Below are positions 44,329 to 53,227 of a stretch of 64,000 nucleotides of DNA, one piece after another. The notes beneath the pieces were generated by a model that had not been told where the DNA came from, searched no databases, and worked only from the letters and a program-made list of their open reading frames with translations. A program made the translations under genes and the position numbers. Location: NCBI GenBank assembly GCA_035534875.1, contig DATLRB010000060.1, positions 90,241-154,240 on the forward strand, in the 5' to 3' direction. The stretch is from Candidatus Saccharimonadales bacterium. Lineage in GTDB: Bacteria; Chloroflexota; Dormibacteria; Aeolococcales; Aeolococcaceae. Position 1 is the first letter of the stretch, and every line of letters starts with the position of its first letter.

Positions 44329-45462
44329 ATGAGCAAGGCGACCACAGAATCGCAACGGCAGGCGAAGCCGGCTCTGACCGCGCGACGCGCCGGTCGCCTC
44401 GCGGCTGTGCTTGCCGCTTTGGGATCCACCCTCGTCTTCATGAGTTCGGCCCAGGCGGCCCCCGCGGCCCGCGCTGCAGTCGGGTCGGCGGTGGCCGGCC
44501 ACGCCTACCGTCACGGACTGGTGCCGACGCTCGCCGCGCACCATGCCACCCCCGCCGCGGTCAAGGCTGCCTGCTCGACGAAGTGCCTGCACTTTCGAGG
44601 CGGCGTTTCGGGAGTCGGCGTGACCACCGGCAAGGAGCAGGTCTACCTCGTCTTCTGGGGGAGCCAGTGGGGGACGCAGGGAAGCAACTCGAGTGGGTAC
44701 GCGACCTTCACGGGTGATCCACAGGGCGTCGCTCCCGACCTGCAGGCGTTCTTCAAGGGCCTCGGCACCAACGGCGAGCTGTGGAGCGGCGTCGCGACTC
44801 AGTACTGCCAGGGCGCGGCCATCGGCGCCACGCGGTGCACAACCGCGATGGCACATGTCGCATACCCCACCGGGGGTGCGCTTGCCGGTGTCTGGGAGGA
44901 CAACTCCGCGGCCTCGCCGGCCCAATCATCCGGCCACCAGCTGGCCGTCGAGGCGGAGTTGGCGGCAACGCACTTCGGCCGCACAACCACCGCCTCCAAC
45001 CGCGATGCCCAATACGTCATCGTGTCCCCCACCGGAACGAACCCGGACAACTACCAGGGGAGCGGGTTCTGCGCCTGGCACGACTACACCGGTGATTCGA
45101 CGTTGGACGGCGGCGGTGGGGCTTCCGGTTCGCTCATCGCCTTCACCAACTTCCCGTACATCCCCGACGCCGGCGCCAACTGCGGCGCAGGCTTCGTGAA
45201 CCCCGGCAATATCCTCGACGGCGTCACGATTGTGGAGGGGCACGAGTACACCGAGACCATCACCGACCAGTTTCCCGTCGGTGGCTGGACGGCCAACAAC
45301 GGCGAGGAGATCGGCGACCTCTGTGCGTGGCTCACCGTGGGTGGTGGCCGCGCCCAGAACATCACACTGATCACGGGGAAGTTCGCGGTTCAGGGGATGT
45401 GGTCGAACAGTGCCAACAAGGGCACTGGAGCCTGCGCGATCAAGCACGCGATCAGCACCTGA
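44329..45462 (+). CDS. secreted Cys-rich protein of unknown function
   Basis: The N-terminal signal has RR (TARRAGRLAAVLAALGSTLVFMSSAQA). The protein has about 11 Cys. Motifs are VYLVFWGSQWG, FCAWHDY and VEGHEYTETITD. I do not recognise the family. Confidence 0.7.
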   Translation: MSKATTESQRQAKPALTARRAGRLAAVLAALGSTLVFMSSAQAAPAARAAVGSAVAGHAYRHGLVPTLAAHHATPAAVKAACSTKCLHFRGGVSGVGVTTGKEQVYLVFWGSQWGTQGSNSSGYATFTGDPQGVAPDLQAFFKGLGTNGELWSGVATQYCQGAAIGATRCTTAMAHVAYPTGGALAGVWEDNSAASPAQSSGHQLAVEAELAATHFGRTTTASNRDAQYVIVSPTGTNPDNYQGSGFCAWHDYTGDSTLDGGGGASGSLIAFTNFPYIPDAGANCGAGFVNPGNILDGVTIVEGHEYTETITDQFPVGGWTANNGEEIGDLCAWLTVGGGRAQNITLITGKFAVQGMWSNSANKGTGACAIKHAIST

Positions 45463-45478
45463 TCGAAATCTGAGTATC

Positions 45479-45530
45479 CAGCCGGAGCCCGGCTGCCTCC
45501 TGTCACAACGGGGCAGCCGGAGCCGGCTGC
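45479..45530. repeat. two copies of a self-complementary GC-rich hairpin (CAGCCGG-AG(C)-CCGGCTG)
   Basis: The copies lie at 45479-45495 and 45513-45530, 17 nt apart, directly after the stop of 44329..45462. No U-tract follows. Confidence 0.4.
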
Positions 45531-45702
45531 GCTCTCCGGTCAGCGCCGGGATCCCGCCGTCCCCGCTGTAACGAGAACGCAACCGCAGGCGGGTGAGATC
45601 GGACGGGCCTCTCGCGGTTCTCACGCCCCGTCCCCCCGAAAGTCACAAAACCGATCACGGGGTATGACGGGGCCTTGACACGAGCTTCTTTCGCATACGG
45701 TC

Positions 45703-48700
45703 GTGTCGTCCGCGTCTATCAGATTATCGAGATCCTTTGTGAGCAACACTCACCCGCTCCGATCGCCCCGACACGCCCTCGCACGGCGGCTTCAGGCACC
45801 GATGTGCCTTGTGACGGTGTTCGCCACACTGGTCGCGCTCCTGCCTGCCGACGCGCTGGCTGCGGGGTCGCCACTCGAGAGCGAGACGTTCGCCGGCAAC
45901 TCGACCGCGGCCGGTCAGTGGTACCTCCCTGCGGGGCGAGGCGGAGTCAACGGCGCCTGCCTGACCGCCGGACCGGTGTCCGCAACCACGTCGATCCCGA
46001 ACTGCGCGTCGCCACCCGACAGCTCGGGCAACGGCGCGCTCAGGCTGACCACCAACGCCGGCGACCAGGTCGGAGCGGTGTTCTACCAGGCGAGCCTGCC
46101 GACCACCGAGGGCCTTGACCTCTCACTCGATACCTATCAGTTCAACGGCACCGGCGCGGACGGCATCGTGTTCGCTCTCGCCGCGGCTGATCCGGCGAAC
46201 CCCACGCCACCGGCGACCACCGGACCGCTCGGCGGTGACCTCGGGTACGCCGCGAACACCCAGGGCTCCCCGGGGACCGCGGGCATGCCCTACGGCTACC
46301 TTGGGATCGCTCTCGATGTGTACGGCAACTACGAGAACACCCCGCTCGCCGGCGGCACCGGCTGCACGATCCCTTCCCCGCTGGCGGCCAACAGGGCGTA
46401 CCCCGAGTCGGTCACCGCGCGCGGCCCCGGGAACGGGACCGCCGGCTATTGCATCCTCGGGACAACGGCAACGACGTACAACAACTCGAGTGGCGGTGGC
46501 AGTGGTGGCGGGACGATCAGCAATGTCGGCCCGGGGAACACGCTCGACAAGCAGTCCGCAACGTCGCGCACCGGGGTCATGGTCCCAGTTGAGATGGCGA
46601 TCAACCCCTCGGCATCGGCCACGACCACGGCGAGCGGGCTCTCCGTACCGGCCGGCTCCTGGATGATCGCGTACACGCCGCTCGGCACGGCGACGCAGCA
46701 GACGCTGACCGGTCCCCTTCCCACCACGACCAACAACGCCGCGCTCGCGACATTTCCCGCGTCGTGGATCAACCCGGCAACCGGGATCCCCTACCAGCTG
46801 ACCTTCGGCTGGACGGCGTCGACAGGTGGCTCGAACGAGTATCACGAGGTGAACCAGCTCACGGCGACGACCCTGGTCGGGGCCGTACCGGACCTGGCCC
46901 TGACCACATCCGACAATGAGGGTGGACAGATGCTCGCCGGCAACCACGCGAGCTTTATCCTCGCCCCGGGCGTCGCGGCAAGCGGTGGCTCCGAGGCCAA
47001 CATGCTGACGGTGACCGACACGCTGCCGGCGGGTATGACCCCGGGCACCGCGACGAGCAGCTCCGATTGGTCGTGCACCACCGCCGGTCAGACGGTCACG
47101 TGCACGTACTCCCCGGGCTCGGCGATCGCCGCCGGCACGTCGCTCCCCAATATCACCGTTCCGGTGACGCTGTCGTCGGGGTTGAGCGGCTCCGTCACCA
47201 ACACGGCGCGGATCTCATCCACCGACGGCCTGCCGGCGGTGAGCAGCGACACGGTCAACGTCACCCCGTTCACTGCGACGGCCCTGCCGTCACCGCAGGC
47301 GTACGCGCAGTCCGTGACCTACGCGGGAGCGCTGCCGTCGACCGCGACCGGGACGGTCACCTTCAGCATCGGCGGCACGACGTTGTGCACCGCGACCTTG
47401 CCCGCGCTGAGCTGCAGCGCCGGCAACGCCCCGGTGGGTTCCGACACGGTGACCGCGACATACTCCGGCGACTCGAGCTTCGCGCCGCAGACGACCACGA
47501 CGACGGTGACCATCACCAAGGCCACGCCGTCATTCACCGAGGCGGCGGCGCCGGCGACGATCGTGTTCGGCGCCCAGGACACGCTCTCTGCTGCCGGCCT
47601 GCCCGGCGCCGCGACGGGGACCCTGACCTTCACCTCGGGCGGCTCCACGTTGTGCATCACAACATTGCCGGCCACGAGCTGCCAGACGGCGAGCACCCTG
47701 GCCGCGGGCACCTACCCGGTCACCGCGACGTACTCCGGTGACGGCAACTACACGAGTGCGACCGCAACCGGCGCGAGCTTCACGGTCACGAAGGCGACGA
47801 CGTCGATGACCGAATCGGCGTCGCCGGCCGCCATCCCGTACGGCACCGCGGACACGGTGTCCGTCGCCGGCCTTTCCAGCGGCCTGACGGGCACCGTCAC
47901 GTTCGCATCGGGCGGATCGACGCTCTGCGTCGCGACGCTGCCGGCCGTAAGTTGCGCCACGCCCGCAACGCTGATTCCCGGCACCTACCCCGTGACCGCG
48001 ACCTACTCGGGTGACGCAAGTCACACCGGAACGACCGCGTCCGGCGCCAGCTTCATCGTCACCAAGGCGAGCGCGTCGATGACTGAATCGGCGGCGCCGG
48101 CAAGCGTCCCGTACGGCACGAGCGACACCCTCTCCGTGTCGGGATTGGCGGGAGCCGCCACGGGCACCGTCGCCTTCACGTCCGGCGGATCGATGCTGTG
48201 CACCGCGACGCTGCCCGCGACGAGCTGCGCGACCTCGACGACGCTTGCGCCGGGCGCCTACCCGTTGACCGCGACCTACTCCGGTGACTCCAATTACACC
48301 GGCACGACCGCGAGCGGCGCGAGCTTCACGGTGACCAAGGCCGACACGTCGATGACTGAAGCCGCGTCGCCGCCGTCGATAGGATTCGGCTCGCAGGACA
48401 CGCTGTCCGTGACGGGATTGCCCATCGGCGCCACCGGTATCGTGACCTTCACCTCGGGCGGCTCCACGCTCTGCGTGACCACGCTGCCGGCGACCAGCTG
48501 CCAGACGACGACGACGCTTCCCCCCGGGGCCTACCCCGTGACGGCGACCTACTCCGGGGACAGCAACTACAAGGGCACGACTGCCACGGGTGCGAGCTTC
48601 ACCGTCACCAAGGCGGACCCGTCCTTCAGCGAATCGGCGGCGCCGTCGAGTGTTCCGTATGGAACGGCGGACACGCTGTCGGTGACCGGCCTGCCCGCAG

Positions 48701-50394
48701 GCGCCACTGGGACGGTGACCTTCACCTCCGGCGGATCCACCCTCTGCGTCTCCACGCTCCCCGCCTCGAGCTGTGACACGACGTCGACGCTGGATCCGGG
48801 GACGTACCCGGTCACGGCGGCATACTCCGGCGACAGCAACTACAACCCGGCGACCGCGACCGGAGCGAGCTTTGTGGTCACCAAGGCCGACGGCGCGATG
48901 ACCGAGTCGGCGGCCCCCGCCACCATCCCGTACGGGTCGCGGGACACCGTGTCGGTGGCAGGCCTTCCCGTTGACGCAACCGGGACGGTGACCTTCTCCT
49001 CGGGCGGTTCCACCCTCTGCACCACGACCCTGCCGGCGATCAGCTGCCAGACATCGCCGACGCTGGCACCGGGAAGCTACCCGGTCACCGCGACGTACTC
49101 GGGTGACAGCCACTACAACGGCACCATCGCCGCGAGCGCGAGTTTCACGGTCACCAAGTCGGATCCACCCTTCACCGAGTCCGCCGCGCCTGCGACCGTG
49201 CCGTACGGGGCCGCCGACACGCTGTCCGCAGCCGGTCTTCCCGGTGCCGCCACGGGGACCGTGACCTTCACCTCGGGCGGGTCGACACTCTGCGTCGCCG
49301 CCCTGCCGGCGATCAGCTGCCAGACGTCAATGACCCTCGCGCCGGGCGCGTATCCGGTGACCGCGAGCTACTCAGGTGACGCCAACTTCACGAGCAGCGC
49401 CGCGACCGGCGCCAGCTTCACGGTGACCCGGGCCGGCACCGCGATGACGGAATCGGCCGCGCCCGCAAGCATTCCGTTCGGGTCGCAGGACACGGTGTCG
49501 GCGTCCGGATTGCCCGTTGACGCGACCGGGACGGTGACCTTCATCTCGGGTTCATCGACGCTGTGCACCGCGCCACTGCCGGCCAGCAGCTGCCAGACGG
49601 CGGCGACACTCGCCCCGGGCACGTACCCGGTCACCGCGACCTACTCCGGTGACGGCAACTACAGCGGCACGACCGCCACGGGCACGGGCTTCACGGTGAC
49701 CAGAGCGCGCATCGACCTCACGGAGTCCGCAGCGCCGGCCACGATCGTGTTCGGCTCGACCGACACGGTCACCGCGCTGGGGCTGCCGGCGGGCGCCACG
49801 GGGTCGGTGACCTTCACCTCCGGGAGCACGACGCTGTGCGTCGCGACACTCTCGGCTGCGAGCTGCCACACCGCCGCCACGCTGACACCCGCGACCTACC
49901 CGGTGACCGCCTCCTACTCGGGCGACACCTATGACAGTCCCGCCACCGCGACCGGCGCGCAGTTCACCGTGATCAAGGCGAACACGCACATCACGGTGAC
50001 CGTGTCGCCGGTGGACGCGGTCCGCGGTCAGGCGGTCACGGTGTCGGTCTCCGGCCTGCCGCCCGGCGTCTCCGGGACGATCACCTTCACCTCCGGTGGC
50101 GTGATCCTCTGCACCGCGACGCTGCCGGCGACGAGCTGCACCACGACGGTGACCTTCCCGCCAGGCAGCTACCCAGTGACGGCGACGTACTCAGGTGATC
50201 CCGACTACAACGGGTCGACCGCCGTCGGCAGCGGCCAGGACGGCGTGCTCTCCGTGGTCGACGGCGTCGCTGATCCGTCGACCGGGGCCGGGCCCATGGG
50301 ACCGAGGACCATGCTGGGCGCAGCGATGATCATCCTCGGCACCGGCGTGGTGGTCATATCGCGGGGCCGCCGGCGGCGCAACCGCAAGGTCTGA
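45703..50394 (+). CDS. giant surface protein: signal peptide - L-type (legume-like) lectin domain - DUF11-like domain - 11 Ig-like (Big_3_5-type) repeats - C-terminal sorting-signal-like anchor
   Basis: The signal is ..MCLVTVFATLVALLPADALA. GNGALRLTTNAGDQVGAVFYQ..ADGIVFAL is lectin_legB-like. LTVTDTLPAGMTPG..WSCT..VTCTY is DUF11-like. Eleven units of ..TGTVTFTSGGSTLC..LPA.SC..TL.PG.YPVTATYSGD.NY follow. The C-terminus is DPSTG + hydrophobic stretch + RGRRRRNRKV. The start is GTG 45703 or GTG 45739. Confidence 0.9.
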   Translation: MSSASIRLSRSFVSNTHPLRSPRHALARRLQAPMCLVTVFATLVALLPADALAAGSPLESETFAGNSTAAGQWYLPAGRGGVNGACLTAGPVSATTSIPNCASPPDSSGNGALRLTTNAGDQVGAVFYQASLPTTEGLDLSLDTYQFNGTGADGIVFALAAADPANPTPPATTGPLGGDLGYAANTQGSPGTAGMPYGYLGIALDVYGNYENTPLAGGTGCTIPSPLAANRAYPESVTARGPGNGTAGYCILGTTATTYNNSSGGGSGGGTISNVGPGNTLDKQSATSRTGVMVPVEMAINPSASATTTASGLSVPAGSWMIAYTPLGTATQQTLTGPLPTTTNNAALATFPASWINPATGIPYQLTFGWTASTGGSNEYHEVNQLTATTLVGAVPDLALTTSDNEGGQMLAGNHASFILAPGVAASGGSEANMLTVTDTLPAGMTPGTATSSSDWSCTTAGQTVTCTYSPGSAIAAGTSLPNITVPVTLSSGLSGSVTNTARISSTDGLPAVSSDTVNVTPFTATALPSPQAYAQSVTYAGALPSTATGTVTFSIGGTTLCTATLPALSCSAGNAPVGSDTVTATYSGDSSFAPQTTTTTVTITKATPSFTEAAAPATIVFGAQDTLSAAGLPGAATGTLTFTSGGSTLCITTLPATSCQTASTLAAGTYPVTATYSGDGNYTSATATGASFTVTKATTSMTESASPAAIPYGTADTVSVAGLSSGLTGTVTFASGGSTLCVATLPAVSCATPATLIPGTYPVTATYSGDASHTGTTASGASFIVTKASASMTESAAPASVPYGTSDTLSVSGLAGAATGTVAFTSGGSMLCTATLPATSCATSTTLAPGAYPLTATYSGDSNYTGTTASGASFTVTKADTSMTEAASPPSIGFGSQDTLSVTGLPIGATGIVTFTSGGSTLCVTTLPATSCQTTTTLPPGAYPVTATYSGDSNYKGTTATGASFTVTKADPSFSESAAPSSVPYGTADTLSVTGLPAGATGTVTFTSGGSTLCVSTLPASSCDTTSTLDPGTYPVTAAYSGDSNYNPATATGASFVVTKADGAMTESAAPATIPYGSRDTVSVAGLPVDATGTVTFSSGGSTLCTTTLPAISCQTSPTLAPGSYPVTATYSGDSHYNGTIAASASFTVTKSDPPFTESAAPATVPYGAADTLSAAGLPGAATGTVTFTSGGSTLCVAALPAISCQTSMTLAPGAYPVTASYSGDANFTSSAATGASFTVTRAGTAMTESAAPASIPFGSQDTVSASGLPVDATGTVTFISGSSTLCTAPLPASSCQTAATLAPGTYPVTATYSGDGNYSGTTATGTGFTVTRARIDLTESAAPATIVFGSTDTVTALGLPAGATGSVTFTSGSTTLCVATLSAASCHTAATLTPATYPVTASYSGDTYDSPATATGAQFTVIKANTHITVTVSPVDAVRGQAVTVSVSGLPPGVSGTITFTSGGVILCTATLPATSCTTTVTFPPGSYPVTATYSGDPDYNGSTAVGSGQDGVLSVVDGVADPSTGAGPMGPRTMLGAAMIILGTGVVVISRGRRRRNRKV
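47251..50253 (+). repeat. 11 x 273-bp in-frame tandem repeat (91-aa Ig-like units)
   Basis: I checked unit boundaries at 47524, 47797, 48070 and 49981, and they fall exactly 273 bp (or multiples) apart. The units are clearly related but not identical. The first and last are the most divergent. Confidence 0.9.
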
Positions 50395-50487
50395 CGCCCA
50401 GCGCCCGCGAGCGGGGCGGGCGACGGCTTGGGCTCGAAGGCAGGCGTCGCGAGTCACGGCTCGCGTGGGAGTAGGCTCGTCGGAACG

Positions 50488-51588
50488 ATGACAAGCACCG
50501 ACACGATCGTCACCTACCGGAGCCCGCTCCACAAGATGACCCAGACGACGCCGACGTGCCTCTGGAACGACTCGGCGTCCATCGATGAGCTCACCTATGC
50601 GATCGAGCATGGGGCTGTCGGCGCTACCTGCAACCCGGTCATCGCCCTGTCCGTGCTGGCGGGTGACACGGCCACGTGGCGGCCTCGCACCGAAGGCCTG
50701 CTTCGCGAGCTCCCCACCGCGACCGAGGACAGCATCGCCTGGAAGCTCGTCGAGGAACTCTCGATCAGGGCCGCGCAGCTCCTCGAGCCCATCTTCGTGA
50801 CGCATCGCGGGCGCAACGGGCGCCTCTCGATCCAGACGGATCCGCGGTTCTTCCGCGATCATGACGCGATCGTCGAGCAGGCCCTCGCGTTCAGCCGTCT
50901 CGCTCCGAACATGATCGTGAAGATCCCGGTGACCCGCGCCGGAATCCCGGCCATCGAGGAGGCGACTTACCAGGGAGTCAGCGTCAACGCCACCGTCTGC
51001 TTCACGCTGCCGCAGTGCATCGCGGTTGCCGATGCGGTCGAGCGCGGGCTCCGGCGTCGCGAACACGACGGCAAGGAGATCGCCTCGATGGGACCGGTCT
51101 GCACGATCATGGTCGGCCGTCTCGACGACTGGCTCAGGGTGACGATGGAGCGGGATCGGATCGCCATCGACCCCGGCTTTCTCGAATGGGCGGGAGTGGC
51201 CGTTTTCAAGAAGACGTACGCGATCTTTCGCGAGCGCGGGTACCGGATCCGGCTGCTCTCCGCGGCGTTTCGCAATCACATGCACTGGAGCGAGTTCATC
51301 GGCGCGGACGCGGTGGTCTCGCCCACCTTCGCGTGGCAGAAGCGCATCAATGCAAGCGACATCGACGTGATCCCGCGCATCGATACCCCGGTGGATCCCA
51401 AGGTGGTGAATGGACTCCTCGCGCACTTCGAGGACTTCCGTCGCGCCTATGTGGAGGACGGCCTCAGCGTTGATGAGTTCGACCGTTTCGGCGCGACGCG
51501 GCAGACACTTCGCCAGTTCTGCGCGGCGTGTGGCGACCTGAACGCCTTCGTGCGCGATGTGGTGATCCCCGACCCGGCTCGAGGGTAG
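50488..51588 (+). CDS. transaldolase family protein
   Basis: LWNDSASIDEL, GATCNP and the active-site Lys context MIVKIPVTRAGIPAIEE are present. I chose ATG 50488 (MTSTD..). Confidence 0.85.
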   Translation: MTSTDTIVTYRSPLHKMTQTTPTCLWNDSASIDELTYAIEHGAVGATCNPVIALSVLAGDTATWRPRTEGLLRELPTATEDSIAWKLVEELSIRAAQLLEPIFVTHRGRNGRLSIQTDPRFFRDHDAIVEQALAFSRLAPNMIVKIPVTRAGIPAIEEATYQGVSVNATVCFTLPQCIAVADAVERGLRRREHDGKEIASMGPVCTIMVGRLDDWLRVTMERDRIAIDPGFLEWAGVAVFKKTYAIFRERGYRIRLLSAAFRNHMHWSEFIGADAVVSPTFAWQKRINASDIDVIPRIDTPVDPKVVNGLLAHFEDFRRAYVEDGLSVDEFDRFGATRQTLRQFCAACGDLNAFVRDVVIPDPARG

Positions 51589-51608
51589 GCGTCATCAATC
51601 CGACCTCG

Positions 51609-52388
51609 TTGATCCGCGGCGGCGAGCAGACCGCGTACATCTCGCTCGACCTGATGACCGCGAAGCCCGGAGAGCCTGTCGAGCTCGGACCCGGGAGCGA
51701 GCGGCTGGCGGTCATCCTGTCCGGGCGCGTGACGGTCGCGCTCGACGGCCGCGACGCCGGCGTTGCGGGCGGGCGCGCGGATGTCTTCGATGGCGCGGGT
51801 GACGCCGTCTATCTCCCGCCCGCATCGACGGCGGTCCTGACGGCGGCCGGTGACGGCGACGCCACCGATTGCACCATGGCCGTCGCCGCCGCACCCGGCG
51901 GCTCGCGGCCGCCGGGCGCCGCGCGCGTGATCGCAGCGGCGGCGCAGCGCGAGGTGGTGGTCGGACGCGACAGTTGGGGCCGGACGGTCAGAACCATCCT
52001 CGGACCGGACGATCCCGCCTCCCGGCTCATCGTCGGTGAGACGGTACACAACGGCACGGGGACGTGGTCGTCGTTCCCGCCCCACCGGCACGACCGCGAA
52101 TCCGGGGACGAGGCGAAGCTCGAGGAGGTCTACTACTACCGCGTCCATCCCGCCAACGGATTCGCGGTGCAGATTCGATACGACACCGCCGCCGGCGATG
52201 AGGACCTGCGCATCGTGCGTGACGGCGACGCCATGGCGATCACCTCCGGCTTCCACCCACTCGTGGCCGCACCGGGTCACGATCTGTACTACCTCTGGAT
52301 CCTGGCCGGAGAGGCGCGCGCGATGCGCGTGCACATCGATCCCCGTTATCGATGGGTGATGGAGCCGGGCGCCACCGAGCGACCCTGA
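51609..52388 (+). CDS. iolB: 5-deoxy-glucuronate isomerase (IolB/KduI cupin family)
   Basis: WSSFPPHRHD....E..LEEVYYYR and GFHP..A.PG..LYYLW are IolB landmarks. The start is uncertain. TTG 51609 is the first start candidate after the upstream stop, and ATG 51528 would overlap the transaldolase gene by 61 nt. Confidence 0.75.
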   Translation: MIRGGEQTAYISLDLMTAKPGEPVELGPGSERLAVILSGRVTVALDGRDAGVAGGRADVFDGAGDAVYLPPASTAVLTAAGDGDATDCTMAVAAAPGGSRPPGAARVIAAAAQREVVVGRDSWGRTVRTILGPDDPASRLIVGETVHNGTGTWSSFPPHRHDRESGDEAKLEEVYYYRVHPANGFAVQIRYDTAAGDEDLRIVRDGDAMAITSGFHPLVAAPGHDLYYLWILAGEARAMRVHIDPRYRWVMEPGATERP

Positions 52389-52392
52389 CCCG

Positions 52393-52620
52393 ATGACCGC
52401 GATTCGGCGCTGCGCTCTGCTGCTGCTGCCGGCGCTTGGAAGCGTGCTCGCCGCCTGCGGGTCGACGCCCGCCCCGAGCCCCACCGCCACTACCGTACGT
52501 GTTCAAGGATGCCCCCGGAAGCGAGAGCACACAAGGACGATTCACCGTCGCGGCATGCACGGCATGACCCCATGCCGGCCTCGCCTGCAACGCGCGCCCG
52601 GCCGGTCAGAGCGGCGCTGA
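52393..52620 (+). CDS. small ORF with a good lipoprotein signal but an implausible mature part (possible gene remnant)
   Basis: ATG lies 4 nt after the iolB stop. MTAIRRCALLLLPALGSVLAACGSTPAPSPTATT has a canonical lipobox (LAAC). The remaining 40 aa are Arg/His-rich and not protein-like. Confidence 0.3.
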   Translation: MTAIRRCALLLLPALGSVLAACGSTPAPSPTATTVRVQGCPRKREHTRTIHRRGMHGMTPCRPRLQRAPGRSERR

Positions 52621-52721
52621 CCTCGCCAGCGGCCTGCCGATCACGGGACCTTTGTCGGAGCAGACGGTGCCCTCCGGCCCTGTTCGTCGCCCGCGATGTG
52701 ATCAAGACTGTGGGACGGGAT

Positions 52722-53132
52722 ATGACCTCGAATACGCTGCGCGTCTCACTGCTCGTTGCCCTGGCGCTGACCGCATTCGGCCCGGTCGCGTGTGGCGGAA
52801 GCGACGCGTCCCCGGGGACATCGACGAGCTCGACATCGATCGGCGTCGCCGGTGGCCATCTCGGCACTCCCGACGTGGTCATCGCGGCCACCGATCAGAA
52901 CACGTTCAATCCAGTGATCCAGAGGGTGACGATCGGCGAGATCGTCGAGTGGAAGAACAACGGGTCGGTGGCACACAACATCGTCTTCGCTGACGATGCG
53001 TCGATCGGAGATCCCGTCATCGAGGGCGGCGGTGGCGAGTGGCAGGTGCGATTCACCACCGCGGGCACGTATCAGTACTCGTGCACCATCCACACTGGCA
53101 TGGACGCGACGATCGTTGTCGGCTCCGGCTAG
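52722..53132 (+). CDS. cupredoxin (plastocyanin/azurin-like) copper protein, probable lipoprotein
   Basis: The signal has Cys (LALTAFGPVACGG). Type-1 Cu ligand pattern H (GSVAHNIVF) ... C-x2-H-x3-M (YSCTIHTGM) is present. I chose ATG 52722. Confidence 0.85.
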   Translation: MTSNTLRVSLLVALALTAFGPVACGGSDASPGTSTSSTSIGVAGGHLGTPDVVIAATDQNTFNPVIQRVTIGEIVEWKNNGSVAHNIVFADDASIGDPVIEGGGGEWQVRFTTAGTYQYSCTIHTGMDATIVVGSG

Positions 53133-53227
53133 GGGCACCTCCTCGCGCGCTCTCGCGGTTGCGCGAGCGTGCGCTTGGCAGCACGCGGCGCGTGTCACAG
53201 TAGGGAATCCGTTCACGAGGTGCGTTC

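Noticed and set aside
47530-49113. 527-aa minus-strand ORF and many 60-140-aa ORFs inside the 273-bp repeat array
   Set aside because: These are Arg/Gly-rich periodic translations of the antisense or off-frame repeat. The plus-strand frame gives a coherent Ig-domain protein with signal peptide and anchor.
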